Source: the human T2T-CHM13v2.0 reference genome, Homo sapiens
Direction: 5' to 3' (one strand)
NCBI RefSeq assembly: GCF_009914755.1
Contig: NC_060928.1
DNA length: 64,000 bases
This document shows, piece by piece, positions 1 to 14,738 of this stretch. Each line of letters starts with the position of its first letter. The stretch's first letter is position 1. The notes under the pieces are model-generated. The model saw nothing but the letters and a program-made list of their open reading frames with translations. It had not been told where the DNA came from and did not search any database. A program made the translations under genes and the position numbers.

Positions 1-3000
1 TCTTTGCTGTATAGCACAACATAATACCAGCAGTGATAGCTTATTATATTCATGGGTTCTGTCTATGATCAAGGGGAATGTAGGGAGCAGCAATCTTGGA
101 AGTTGTCTTAGAATCCTGCTTATCACAGCATTAGTTGTTAGTTATTAGTAATAATAATACAAATGTATTAGTTTTTGTGGCTTCAAATACATGTTTTATT
201 TTCTTTTCTGAAGTTTAAATATACAGATTTTTAAGATAAATAATAAAATAAGACATAATGTATATTTAATAATAATGTGTCCGTCTGTATCTCTGGATGT
301 AAACTAGAAAAATTGCCACTGTGATCAAATTTTGAGTTTTTCATGAGTTTAGCATTTGTGAAGCAGTTCAAATTTAGATTAATGCAATTACAATTTTTTA
401 TTACTCCAGTTTTCTTTTGGACCTTTGTCTGTCCAGGTATTTTAGAAAATTGAAGGTTCTTTAGTTTTCATTGAGGGCAAGTCTTTAAGTTAGGAAAACT
501 TAATAGTCCTTTTCATTTTTCTTTATAGAAAGAAAATAAATTGTTGTAAATTAAAACTTTAAAGTCATTCCCATTAATATCCAGAATTCTGCTTAAAAGT
601 TCTGTGTAAATATTATCTTAAAGTATATTTCTACTTTGTCTATAACTCTTTGTACAGTAAGTGTAATAAATGCTTTTTGTTATTGTTATTGTTCTTCTCA
701 TTCATTTATTTTTCCTCTGCTGACTCTTGGAAGTTTAGAATTAAAAATGTTATTTTAAAGTCCCACAAAGACATCCTGAAGGTAGACTACAGACAAAAGT
801 TAGTTCATTAAACTTGCCTAGCAGTGCAGGAACATTTCTTTGACAGTGGTTCAGTAGTGTCTCAAAGTACGAGTTAGGGAAGTGAACTTACAGCAATTTA
901 GGCAATGGACTCCATGGCATCAAGACTGTCCCAGATGGAGAACTGTTCAGAATGGGTAAACTAAGTAAGTTGCTATAATAGTCTTTTTCTTCTTGAAATA
1001 TGTGGGTCTGTAAGAATTGCCATTCACAATTTGAACTTAAACACTTTATCACAATTGAAAGTTTGTGGTGATTCTTTGTGGAATAAGTAGTTGTGTTATA
1101 AAACAGAAAATTATGATATGCTCCAATTTCACTCTGTATAGAATACTGGTTATGACAGAAGTTGAAAAGAGGATGATATAGTAAGAAGTAGAACTAACTT
1201 ATCTTGATATTTTGAAGAATATACACAGACGTCAATAACTTAATGAAGAGATTTCTATGTTTGCCATTTTTATGTAATTTTTTGTTTAGAACATTTAATC
1301 TAAAATAAAAGTAATAATTTAAGCTAAAATAATAGAAAGCAAATGAAGAAACACAGCAACAACCTTTCTAAAACAAAGGATGTTCTAATTTTGTATCATT
1401 TCTTGAGTTACTTCTTAGTAAGCATTATAATTACTGTGAAATAACACCATTGTTAAACGATCAGTCACAAAATTAGAGCTACCACATCTAGATGAAAGCC
1501 TTAAATTCACATGTTTATATATAATTAGTTTTGGTTGTTAAGATCCATTTTATGTACAAGTCTGGGAACTTCGTTAAAGCACTTGAACATATTGTTCATA
1601 GTTAATGATTGTGAAAACGCTCTACGTTAACACACATCAATCCAGAAAAATATAAAGTATGAAAGAAGAGTGCAACCAATATGCCAATATTTTTAGTTTT
1701 GGAAAAAAAAATCTAATACTTTCTTAAAATTAAAATGTTTCACAAATGCTTTCACGTTGTATTTGTGATTTGTTGTTCTTTGTTTAAAATTGAAATGAGA
1801 TACATATACTAGTTGAGGTTTGTTCCTAAAATTCTGTATGCTATATGACTACATGAATATAGAGTAGCAGTGAAACTTAAGTTGTTTCATTGAATTTGGA
1901 TTAACTAGGATTTGTCTCTGATTGATTATTGTGATTCCTGATACAAATAATATTAAAGTTCATTTTGACAGGAATTGACATTTATGTTTCAGGAGACAAC
2001 ATTTTCTCATTAATACTTTATTGAATCATGATTACTTGATTAGAATAATTCTGGAATAATAAACCTCTGCATGTCCTTTAAAAATTGATCTTTTAACCTT
2101 ATTGAAACTTTTATCATTATTAATATTATTATTTGCTATTTGTACTGCAAGTAGAGGAGCTCTTTAAACTTTCTTGAAAAGGACACCATGAAGGTATTCA
2201 AAATTACTGAGAAATTCCTAATTCATTCTCAGTAATTTTTTTAAAAGTTTAACTTACTTCTTAGAACAGATTCATCCTGTAACTGGTGTTGCTTAGCACC
2301 TTGGACAGTACAGCAGGTTTTAAAGCTAGAAAAACAGATTTGTTTTCACCGTTTTTTTGCTGGCTGAAAGTAATGATGTAGAAAGGATATCCTTGGCCTA
2401 ATCTGAAGCTGCTTTAATCAATAGAATACTTGTTCCATAATGAATCTGCACATCCTAAAGCACTTTGCTTTGGGTTTTCTTTAGACAAAATGATACCAGT
2501 AAATCAATATTCAAATTAGCTTCTAATCTGATTATGACTAGGGGAATCCTAAGAGATGTCAAGTAAGAGATCAACAAGAGACCATTTGACTGAGTAATTT
2601 CATCTTCCCAGGTGATCTCTTCTTTTAAATAAGTAGTAGTTTTCTTACAAAGGAGGAAATATTTTCCTTGGTTAAAAGTCACTGGTGACAGTTGCAGGGT
2701 TAGATTGTTGCCTTTCTAAGCTTCTCAAAGACATACACACATTACTAGTTTATGAATAATCAACAATAATTTGTAAGATATGGTTTTAAGAATGATATAG
2801 CAGTAATAATACCAAAATGATGAGCAAATGTTTAAAGTAACATTTTAGAAATGTTTTCTCATGACTTTAAGAGTAAAGTGAGAAATCAGATACTTAGTTC
2901 CACTTTCCTACTTTGGAACATCCTTTTTTTTTTTAAACCATCTTATTTCTTTCGTTTAGTCTCTTAGCACAGGACAACTCTTTTCAAAAACATATAGTCT

Positions 3001-6000
3001 GCTTACAATATCTACATATGTGTCTTCAGACACTGTACGTATCTCTCCTGGTGCTTAAAGAGTAGACAGTGAGCATCTAATTGTTACATCTGAAAACAAC
3101 TGTTCTAGTCATTTTATGCTTTTGTTATAATGTTATTTCAAATGATCAAGAAAAGTTGGAGATTTGCCATGGAATATTTATCATTTCAACTTTTCTTGCA
3201 GATGCAACTCTTTTATTTCTGAGTCAAGGATATTAATCAATGGAAGAAAAGAGCTGTCTGTGGTCATATCTGCATTAGGGTCTACTCCTGAGTTCTGTAT
3301 AAAAGTGTTTAAGAGCATACGTCTGAAGTATGATATAATGATATATGTCTTTTCACAGGAAAGACTTTGAGGATAGTCACCAAAAATAGTGTCCAACACC
3401 AAGATTTTCAGCTTTTGTAAAAGCTCTTGGTTTCTTGTGAAATTTGGGCACACTTAAGTTATCCTCGCATCTTTCCACTGTACCATTTCTTTTTTCCTCT
3501 GTCTGAAATCCTACAAATACATAAACAAATAATGTAGATATAGGATCCTTATATTTGTTATAAATGCTTCTGTAAATTTCTGTTTTGTCTAAGCTTTGGA
3601 AAAACAAATGCTTATCACATCAGACCAAGATCAAGCTTAACATGCTCTTTACAGAGCTTACTGCATTCTGAAAGAGGTTTAGCTTTGACAGGCAATTTAG
3701 TTTGGGAAGATAAGGGATGAGCAGAAGGGAGTAGAAGTGGGTCACAAAAAGAAATAATAGTATAAGGCAAGAGATTTGTAGAGGAAAGCATGAGAGGAAT
3801 TGCATGATAAAAACAACTAGTTTCAGATTACGATTAGTGAGAATTTAAGAGAGATAATTTTAAGTCTTTCACAGGTTTCATTTCTATTAGCTAGGATTGT
3901 TTTATAGGTCACAATTTTAAAATCTGAATTTCTGTAAGAAGTAAACTCATCCTATTAGAAAATCTATACGTTTGTACATTTGCAATTTTGCTATAATTAC
4001 ATTCAAAGGTGTTTTCTCTAGTATTTTCAAAAGTAGCCTCATCCATTCTAAGTAATTGTTAATAAAATAATGCCATTTAGAAAGATAGTCATACAAATTA
4101 AAATTAGAATTATTGTCTAAATATATGCAGGGTGTAGAGGACACATGAGTGTAGACAGAGCTAACCCTAAGATCGTCAATAAAAATGGTACTTGAATATC
4201 TATACATTTCTGGAACCTGAGTAAAGATCAATTATCACCAACTGGCAGCCTGACAAGATTCCCACATCTGGTCAATGAAAACTAAATACAGAAATCCTAA
4301 GGGACACAAAGAGGAAAATTCTTACTGGATGTTGAAAAGATTAATGAAGACAGAATTTGTCCCCGTGATACTGGTCTTACAAAACCATCTGAATTGTCAG
4401 TCTTTGTGGTAGGTTGAGTACAGACTAGTAAAGCCCATGTCTGTATTCTTTTTTTACAGATTACCTCTGACAAACTTATCAAACACAGTGGAAAGAGACA
4501 GAAACCAACAGTAGTGTGGTAATCTAGAATGAGTTTTTACAAAGAATTTGAGCTTTAAAATATGTTTTGTGAGTAAAAAAAAAATGTCTATGAAAAAGGT
4601 CTTCTAAGAAACAAAAATAAAGTGAGCATTTGGAAGCTTAACAAAAATATTTCAGATCTCAGAACCAAAACTTGACATATTAATTGGTGAGCTCAAAGAG
4701 AACTCTGCTTAGGAAGCTTAAGGGGGCCTTAAAAAGGGTTTTGCCCATAGTAAAATAATCTAATAATTGTCAATTTCCCAAAAGATGACCAGGAGAAACA
4801 CACACACACACAAACACACACATGAAAATAAACAAACAAACAAAAAAAAACTTACGGTCAAGCAAAACATTAATGCCAAAAAAAACCCCAGGTTATCTTA
4901 ACAGATTTTTTAATGACTTTAACAAAGAGAAAATAGTGGAAGGTAGGATTTGGGGCTCCTAACTCCAAGGTGTTCTAAAGTTGGACTTTCATGGTAAGAA
5001 CCTGATAGGGACTAAAAAAAGAAATCACAATTATAGGTGAAGATTGGTGGACCAGGGAAATGAGCATCTTCTAGCAAGTTTTAACAAGAGAAAGGTTTAT
5101 GTGAACAATCCACTGTTTTCATAAGAAAGCTTTTGCCGGGAAGAGTAAATGGTGTATGTGGATAAACATGTTTGCAAGATGTTCCTGAAATGGATAATGA
5201 TATTATTGATTAGTTTGCATTCTTAATATTCTGGACAATACTTTCATGGAACAAATAGTCAAGTCATGCTGACATGTTCCAGTTCTCAATCTCAATAACT
5301 ACATCATGTTAATTCAAGTGGTTTTAATTCTTAGAATGAAGATATCTGAAACCATTGATCATGAGGTACAATTACGTGGTTCATTATTTTCACTGAAAAG
5401 AAATTTTCAAATTATATGGATATTTAGTATTTATCATGTTAATCATAATTTTTCCTTTTTTAAATAAAATTTTTAAAATTCTTGTTAGTACTAAGTGACT
5501 TTGGAATTCTACAAATAAACCTTATTTGATATATTTATCTTGATATATGTCATATATTTTAAAGATCTATTTTGATATATTTATATGTTATATATCTGTA
5601 AGTTTATATTTGCAAATACTTTATTTGAAATTTTTATTTCTACCTTTATTTTATCTATTTGATGTTACATTTAAATATTTTTACTCTAAATAGTATCTTT
5701 AAAATACATTTATGAATTATAAGTCTGTCATTTTTTTCTATGCTTTAGACATGTTTTAAAACACTAGCATTGAAATTTGTGGTCTTTAAAGATATATTAA
5801 AATTTTTAGCTGGTAAAAATAATTTTAGACTTACACTGAAAAAGGTAAAAGTTAAAATAAAAATAAAATTTCCTTATAAAAACACACTTATTCTTGATAT
5901 TCAATCATGTCAGCCTTTCTGTGGCTTCTTAAATAAATGTTAGTTGTTTACCTAGACATTTTATATCAAAGATTTCAAAATATTTAGTATATAGTAACAT

Positions 6001-7469
6001 GAGTATATGTGTGTATATTTAACTTAAAAATATCTCTGCTCTATTAGTGTTTGTCAATTTCCTCTAATTATAAACTGTTTTTATTTGGATTTTAAAAATT
6101 GTATTTACATAGATACTTTAAATCCTCTAGGGACTGTAATCAATATTAGATCAAATATAAATCTAATATTGATTTATATTTATACATTTAAAATGTATAA
6201 ATATAAATTTTAAAATGTATATTTATAAAGACTTTTAAAACTTCTTACTTTATATTTTCCTTAGGTCTAAATCATTGTTCATTTTGTAGTTATATTAAAT
6301 AATCAAATTGATACAATTTTATTATTTTTGTTTTATAATAAAAATATTAATGCAATATATATTACTCTAAATACAGCTTTGGAATCCTTTGATAAATTTA
6401 ATTAGATAATGTCTTAACTATTAATACTTTGTAAATGTAGAAGACATAGGCAAACTGTAAGAAATCAGATATATACAAACACAATTTTTATGCTGGATAG
6501 ATAACAAGAAATGCTGGATATCATAGTTATTAATCCAGAGGTGAAGGGACAGAGAACTGGAAGCAGCATGAAGATTCACTGTTTACTTTCTATTGTCTAT
6601 ACAATATACACATTACTTTCATTTAAAAATGTGTGTGTGTTGAAGACATGGCTACAATATTCTGGGTCCCTGACATACATGAAAGAGCATAAGAACTTCT
6701 TACCTATGGTCAACAATGTGCTTGTTATTAAAGCATTCAAGATTTTATTTCCAACCCCATCACAGTTGTGCTTAATTTGATCAAATGGTCAGCTAAGTTG
6801 CCAAAGAGCCTATCACATATTAAATATTCAATAAATAGTACTAATTGTAGTTTGTCTCCATATTATAACCAGGTTAAGAAAATAATTTTTTTTCATTTTA
6901 TTCTATGAACATTTTATTTGGCAAATCATGGCCAAGTGAGTGTACTACATTTAAAGAGATATTAATAAAGTTAGAACATCTCCAGGAGAAAGGAAAAGAA
7001 GTGCAGGAAGATATGCAAGGAGAGAGAAGATAGAAAGAGTGACTCAAATATCTTTTCTTTCTAGTTGTAAGTTTAGTAGAGTAGGCTGTCCATTTCAGAA
7101 CAAAACTTATTTATTCCAATCTCATCTCTGAAATCAGGCTATGAATCAACAAAATTTTGCTTTGTCTTTAACTCACTATAGTTAAATAAGTGAATATATC
7201 TATATGCTTTCTCTTAATTTATATTTTAAATATTACTACAAATTTAAAATGAAAAGCTTACAAATTAGAAATAATTTCATTAATGCAAATGCAGAAATTT
7301 TTAAACAAATATTTTGATGTATATTGCAATATAGAACTACTTCTTATGAGGATTCTATGATGACTGTGTCTTGGTTATGACTTAACTGACTTATAGAAGC
7401 ATCTCTACTCCTGCCATATCATATGTCTTGTGATATTGTGAATAAATTTTAATAAATTATATTAATAAA

Positions 7470-7725
7470 TAGTAAGAACTCTTTATTGAGTGTCCACTAG
7501 TGACTTAACAATTCACTAAGCACTCTGCATACATTATTTTAATTAACCCTTTCAGTAGCTTGCTAAAGATAATTTGAGGCTCATTTTCTCAGTGAATAAA
7601 TTAATGCTTAGAGGAATCAAGTGATTTTCCTAATGGTCTGCATTTAGCAAGTGCTGCAACAAGAATAAAACTTATATATCCTACTTTAAAGTCTGGTTTC
7701 TCAATCACTTAAATATACTGCCTTC
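7470..7725 (-). mobile_element. MIR SINE, degraded
   Basis: Resembles the antisense MIR core (tttattgagtg...cattttctcagtgaataaattaatgcttagag...aagtgattttcctaatggtc); boundaries approximate. Confidence 0.55.
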
Positions 7726-7796
7726 TTACATTGTCATTTTTCTGACACTTTCATAACCAGTTTAACTTTTACCACTGTAATTTTTTACTTTTAAAG

Positions 7797-8003
7797 TAAT
7801 GGTATCCAACAGCATTTTCTGCAATAATGGAAAGATCTGTATATTCTCCATCCATTATAGTAACCATGGCCACATGTAGCTATTAAGCAGTTGAAATGTG
7901 GCTATTGTGGATGAGAATGCAAGTTTAAAATTATATTTATTTATATTTAATTTAAAGAAAAATAGTTACATGTGGTTAAGGACTCTCATATTGTGCAGTC
8001 CAG
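7797..8003. mobile_element. MER3-like hAT-Charlie DNA transposon fossil
   Basis: Matches the recalled MER3 pattern (gccacatgtagctattaagcagttgaaatgtggct ... atagttacatgtggtt) with internal inverted repeats. Confidence 0.7.
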
Positions 8004-9383
8004 TTCTAGAATAGAAGTATCCCTTCTCTTAAAATACTGCTATTGAAATAAAACTAATCAAGTGCAATAGTTAGGGAAATATAGGGAAATAATAGTAAAA
8101 ATTAAAAAGGATGAATTCCTGGATTCCTTTTGATGATTTTCATGCCCAATTATGTGTTGTAATACATTGGTCAATAGTTAATAGGAAGGCCATTATATAA
8201 TCATTTTATTATATGTCTATATATTTTTCACAAAACAAGTATGTTTTGTGAAACATGATGGAATTTTTGGAAGCTTGCAAGATATAATCGTGTATATAAA
8301 AAAGATACACATACATATAGATAGGTATATAGATACCTATAGGTATATTTAATTCTTTTTCTTTTAGGATGGTTCCTCAATATCATCAAATCAATCATAT
8401 ACCAGTAAGTAGAAAACTTGGATAGATGTTAAAATGCAATTAATAGTCTTCATATTTATATTAATTAATCATACAGTGGGTTTTTGTTTCTTGATCACTG
8501 TGTATTTTTAAATCTTGAAGTTTGAAATGTGTCAGTTTGTCTCTACTCCTTTTTTTACTTAAAGTCAAAATTGTATAAAATGTAATTTTCATCATTATTT
8601 TCAGGACTTTTTATATTTCTGCTAATCATGTAGTAGCTCTTGTTTCTTATGAACTGAGCATTTAGACATTTGAAGTAAGTTCATTTACCGTATCAAGGCT
8701 TTCTAAAAGTTCCAGTAAATAGAATTATTTTTAAAAATAGAAGATTTTCACAATGAGAATTCTATACAGAATTATATCAGGTAAATAAACTTTTGTTTAC
8801 CTAACTGCTGGTGTTAATTATAGAATCATTTTTATATCAAGAATACAGCCACTTAGTAGCTCTGTATGAGTCATTTGTTTTACATAGTGGATAAATTATT
8901 TTTTTCTATTCAAGCACTAAATTTTATTTGGTTTAGAAAATCTGATAAATATTAATGTCATATGAATATAGCATAGTATTCAGATATAATTATCCAATAT
9001 ATAAAGGAGGTTGGAGCATGAAGCAGTCCTGAAATGCCAGCCATAATTTGAAAGACTGTTAACTCTGGTGCAGATATAATGAAGATTTTGCCTTGTGAGG
9101 TGATTTATCCCCCACCTTAGACAAGCTACTTTATCCTCAGAAACTGTGACTGGACTGTTAATTATCTCAAGTTGAAGGTGTAAAGACTTCCAATTAAGTT
9201 AAATATCATTCAGTTTAATATCAAAAACAATGAACTTATCCATTAAATGACAATGTAAAATTATAACAAACTCTGAGAGATATTTTTCTCTACTTGTCTT
9301 GATAAAATATATTTTAAATATGATTACTAATATCATAAAGAAAACCGATTACATATATATGTACATATACACACACAAACACG

Positions 9384-9808
9384 CAGGTGACCCTTGAACA
9401 ACATGAGTTTGAATTGCACAGGTTCATTTACATGCAAAATTTCTTCAGCCTCTGCTAACCCTGAGATAGCAAGACCAAACTCTTCTCTTCCTCCTCAACG
9501 TCCTCAACATGAAGATGGAAATGAAGACCTTTATGATGATCCACTTCCATTTAATGAGTAGTAAATATATTTTCTTTCTTATGAGTTTCTTAATAACAAT
9601 TTTTCTACCTTACTTATTCTAAGAATGTAATATATTTATAATTACATATAATATACAAAATAAGTGTTAAATTACTGCTTATGTTATCAGTAAGGCTGCT
9701 GGTCAACAGAAGGCTATTAGTAATTTTTGACAGTCAAAAATGATACATGATTTTCAAATGCACAGAGTGTTGGAACCCCCAGTCCCCATGCAGTTCAAGG
9801 GTAAACTG
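9384..9808. mobile_element. Tigger2a-like non-autonomous TcMar DNA transposon
   Basis: Terminal inverted repeats caggtgacccttgaac (9384) and gttcaagggtaaactg (to 9808); internal gaagacctttatgatgatccacttccatttaatga typical of Tigger2a. Confidence 0.8.
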
Positions 9809-9837
9809 CATAGTTTCTTTATAAAAATGGGAATTGT

Positions 9838-10131
9838 GGCTGGGTGCGGTGGCTCACGCCTGTAATCCCAACATTTTGGGAGGCCAAGGCGGGCGGATCA
9901 CCTGAGGTCAGGAGTTTGAGACCAGCCTGGTCAACATGGTAAAACCCCAACTCTAGTAAAAATACAAAAATTAGCTGGGTGTGGTGGTGGGTACCTGTAA
10001 TCCCAAGTACTCCAGGAGGTTGAGGCAGGAGAATCGCTTGAATCCAGGAGGTGGAGGTTGCAGTGAGCTGAGGTCGCTCCACTGAACTCCAACCTGGGCA
10101 AAAGAGCAAGACTCTGTCTCAAAAAAAAAAA
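9838..10131 (+). mobile_element. Alu SINE (AluS group), full length
   Basis: ggctgggtgcggtggctcacgcctgtaatccc start, dimeric structure, A-rich linker, poly(A) tail. Confidence 0.97.
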
Positions 10132-10215
10132 GGAATCCTGTATTTAAACGACCTGTATTAAACTAGTGGCAATCCTCTACATATCCATAAAGAAAATATT
10201 TTTGATACTGACTTA

Positions 10216-10402
<187 letters not shown>

Positions 10403-11629
10403 TCAAATTTTTTATTCATAGAAAAAAAGCCAAGGTCATTATTGCAAACTGCATTTTCCTAATAAAGAATTTTACGAAGTGAAAGTCAAGTCATGTATAA
10501 AAAGATTTTTGTAATGAATACACTGAAAAAGTTTTAGAGAACTAAAATAAATATTTCATTATGTCAACGGAAAAAAAGGTTAAAAATCCACAAATAATGA
10601 GAAGAGATATGATAAGTATTTTATGGTACAGGCAAGTGGACCATCCTAATTACTGAAATGTATTAAATAATATTGAGAAATTATATTATATTCACTAGAC
10701 TAGAAAAAATAAAGTGGATTTTAAAAAACTGGTGATGTTGTGAAGTAGCAGAATCTTTTATATATTCTCGGTGAGAGGATTACCACATACACTCTAAGAT
10801 GTAGTTCTCTTTTAAACTCGTACAGAATTTACAAAGAACATGCTCACTGAGACATCTGCTATGAATTTCTGCCACATTTTTGAACCAGTAGACAACAGAG
10901 TGGGTATTACCTGCAATCACGGTTTACCTCACTATCTTTTGCCTTTATCATAACTGCCTGGGGTTTGCAGATATTACCTAGAATGTTAATATTGTAATCA
11001 TCGCCTTAGGCTTTGGTTTCTAAAGGATCCTGGCTAAGACGACTAGCGAAGTTCAACACAAGTATTATATATCTTATATCTCAGCAACTGTACCCATGAA
11101 TATAATAACCCTTTGAGCAAATCTTGAGCACAGGAGCTGGAAACAGTACAAGATTATTTAAAGCAACTTCTCCTAAAAGAATAATATGAAACTTTGAAAA
11201 TGTCTCTATCAATTGTACAATTAATAAGCATAGTAAAGTCAAACAATAGATTAGTATACACAGTGGATAATGAATTGAAAACCACACATTTTTACGTGAA
11301 TATATCTACAAACCAAAATGTTTAATTAAGTAGAAGCCACAGAGGAATTCACAGAGTGTGACTGTATTTCTTTAACGTTCAAAATAAAGTATCAAAAGCA
11401 AAACACTGCTTAAGAATAGTTATATAGGAGCCAAAAAACCAACAACAAGAAAGTGAGAACATAAAATAAAGAAAATGATTATTTTAGCAGGAAAGGGGGT
11501 GTAATCAGAGGGTACACGGCAGGGCACTAAGTTACCAGTAATGGATTTGCAACAACATAGAGGTTCAGCCTCATGAGTCACAATCCAGACTGTGGTAGGA
11601 GGATTAAGGATGGAAAAACAAAGGTTTCT

Positions 11630-13335
11630 GTGCACATACAAAAAAGTGACTTTACACATTATAGCAAAATGCTGAAAGTGAAAAACAAAAGGAAATTTTG
11701 AAGACAGCAAGAAAAAATGACCTGTCAAGTACAATGGAATTACAATAAGATTATTATCTGACACCTTATCATAAACAGTAGAGAGTAGAATTTCATATTC
11801 AAAGTACTGAAAGAACAAAATTACTTATTAAGAAACTCATAGCCCCAAAACTAACTTTCAAAAATAAAGGCAAAATAAATGACATTCCAGGATAAAATAA
11901 ATAAAAAGACAATCCAAGATAAACAAAAGCTGATAGTATTAATTGCTAGCAGATCCACCTATCAAACAATATTTTTAAAAGTTCTTTAGGACGGTAGCGG
12001 CAAGTGATTCAAGATGATACTTTAAATCCACCTGAAACAATGAAGAGCACCGTTAAAGATGATTACGTAAATATAAAAAACAATAAATATTTCTCTTTTT
12101 TTTTCTCCTAACTGATTTATAAGGCAGATAATATGTCAACAAGAGCATCACTGAGCATATAACATGTAGGAACATAATACACATTATGATAACAAACAAA
12201 ATGGTATTGGAATATAGAAATAATACCAGACTGTAACTAATGTCACAAGACCAAATAAAGAAAATCAGAAATGGGAAATAATAAGGTTTATATAACAAAA
12301 GCAATAAATATATATTTGTTAATTTTTCTCTCAGATTCTTTAACATATATATTATTATATGAAGTAATAAATGTAACAATGTATTATTCGATTATAACAT
12401 ATATAGCTATAATAAATATAACAAAATTAACATGCAAAGGAGAAGAGAAATAGGGCTACTAAAATGTAATGTTTCTATTTTTAAGTGAAATTAAATTAGT
12501 ATAAATCTAAACTAGACTCTGTCAGTTAAGATGGATATAGGAAGCCCTAGATCAGTCATTAAGGAAATGCTCAAAAATATATTGTAAAATAATCAAGAAA
12601 GGAAATAAATAATTGCACTATAAAATACTCACTTGATGGAAGAGAAGGCATTAAAGCAGAAATAGGAAAACATCAAGAAAAATACCCATTCAACATAAAG
12701 AAAACAAAAGTAAGATGACAGATGTAAATTGAACTGTATCAATAATAACATTTAATGGGAAATGATTAAACAATCAAAACAAAAATCACTGGTCATCAGA
12801 GTTGTTTTTTTTTCTTAAATCCAATTAAATGTTGTATACAGGAGATACACTTTAAATTCAACAATGCAAACAGGTTAAAACTAAAAGGATGTAACAAGTT
12901 ATATCATGCAAACAGCAACATAAGAAAGCCGAACAAGCTACATTTGTGTCAAATGAAAAAGTTCAAAACAAAAATAGTAAACTATTATAAGACATCAAGA
13001 GGGATATTTTATAATGATAAAATGATCAATCCATCAGAGAGGTATAACAATTATATATAAACCTAACAACAGAACCCCAAAATACATGAAGGAAAAACAG
13101 ACAGAATTGAATGAAAAAAGAGACAACTCAACAATAAAAATTGGGGCTTTGAATACCCCACTTTTAACAATGGATAGAACAACTATAAAGAAGATCCACA
13201 AGGAAATATAAGACATGAACAACACTAAAAATCAAGTAGACCTAACCAATACTTTATTAAACATCACAATCAAAAAACACCCATGGGACATTCAAAGGCC
13301 ATATGCTGCACTATAAAACAAGCTTTAATAAAGAA
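11630..13335 (+). mobile_element. Old L1M LINE-1 fragment (ORF1 end, inter-ORF region, ORF2 endonuclease start), degraded
   Basis: A-rich sense strand; motifs tatatcatgcaaacagcaac, agagggatattttataatgataaaatgatcaatccatcagaga and aacctaacaacagaaccccaaaatacatgaagg resemble L1 ORF2 EN; many stops. Confidence 0.75.
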
Positions 13336-13548
13336 GTTGAAGTGTATATGGAAGCCTGCAGTAATGCAATATTTTCAATATTTATTAATTATGATTATAG
13401 AGATTGAGGCCCAAGGACTGAAGAGTAAGAGATAAAGTAGGAAAGACATATGATGATGGCCATGTCCTAAGAATGCTTGTTTAAAAGACAAGGGACATAA
13501 GAGATACAGAACATGAGCTAAATATTAACTGGGATTTTAATCCAGTCT

Positions 13549-14738
13549 TGATGGCAGTGGCTGCTGCCATCATGCTGGCTACAGTAGAGAGGCATGGCTG
13601 GGGCAGTGACTCCATGGTGTTGGTGGGAGCCCTAACCATGCTGGGCAGGGCTATAGCTGCCCAAATGGAGGCTGCGGATCTGAGACTCCCTGTGCTCTTG
13701 GAGGGGACCAGGAGCAGGCAGGATCCACCAAAATGGTTGTAGCTGCAACCACACAACCCACGGCTGGAAATCTGTGCCTCCCACTCCATAGAGCAAGCAA
13801 GAGCTACGGACAAGCAGGAACCCATTCCAAGTTGGCAGGGCAGGGGCTCCGCGGGTGCAGCTGTGGCTGTCCTCCCAGATGCAGGACCTGGACATCTCTG
13901 CAGCCTGGACCTTTGGGGGCCCCCAGAAAGGACAACCCCAGCCACCACCCAGATCTTCATCCTTGCCTGCTTGGGGGTGTCTGCTTCTGCCGCCTAGCCT
14001 CTCTCTGCTCCTGGTACTGGCTTCAGCCCTGGGGCTATGAATAACAGTGGGCAAGCAGATTAATTCCTAGGTGGAAGGGGATGAATTCCCAGTAAGGCCC
14101 CATCTTCAGACCAGGGAGGGCCTGAAGGCTGGGATTCAGGCTGCCACTCACACCTGACTAGAATGGGAACTCATGATGCCTCTTCTTGCCCACCCAGGGC
14201 CACCCATGAGCCAATCAGCAGGTGCCTCCTCCCCTTTGAGGACCATAAAAGCCCTGGACTCAGCCAGAGCAGGGCAGAGGATGGCCAGAGAACAAAGAGG
14301 GCAGAGACGTGATGGGACTGGAAGACCAGCTGCTGAGAGGAGTACCCTCTCTGTTGATAGCTGGAGATGATGGGAGGACCAGCTGCAGAGAGGAGTACCC
14401 TCTCTGCTGAGAGATGCTGAGACCAGGGAGCAGAAAGGAGCTACCCTCTCCACTGAGAGCTTCAGAGACCTGCAGAAATGTCCCAATAACCTGCTACAGA
14501 GAAGAGCTACCCTCTCCAGGGCCTCCTTTCTGCAGAAAGCTGAACACTCCACAGGACAACCTGCCTACAGAGAGGAACTACCCACTCCTCTGAGCTGTTC
14601 TAATACTAAATAAAACTTCTTTTTCAACTTTCACTTGTCTGTGTACCTCATACTTCCTGGACCAAAAAACTTGGGCTAAGGCACCATAGTCACAGAGGTC
14701 TCCAGCCAGAAAAATTACACCCCAGTGATCCTGTAACA
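13549..14738 (+). mobile_element. MER52-family solo LTR (ERV1)
   Basis: GC-rich 1190-bp block with TG...CA ends (tgatggcagtggc ... gatcctgtaaca), 4-bp TSD gtct/atct (1 mismatch), internal agaggagtaccctctc repeats, AATAAA at 14609. Confidence 0.85.

Noticed and set aside
700-1200. Possible old LTR fragment (similar weak cases at 1-135, 10800-11040, 14790-15240, 18220-18350, 57137-57420)
   Set aside because: Too diverged to assign family or boundaries by eye; needs a Dfam search
2455-4482. Cluster of short minus-strand ORFs suggesting a processed pseudogene or endogenous viral element
   Set aside because: No recognisable motif, poly(A) or TSD, and most starts are non-ATG; consistent with chance ORFs in AT-rich DNA. 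A tBLASTn/HMM search would be decisive
9819-10122. Alu-derived ORFs (also 50914-51284, 53027-53544, 58003-58194)
   Set aside because: Typical spurious translations of Alu sequence
13481-14552. Multiple overlapping 60-159 aa ORFs
   Set aside because: Stop-poor GC-rich MER52 LTR sequence; no protein similarity recognised
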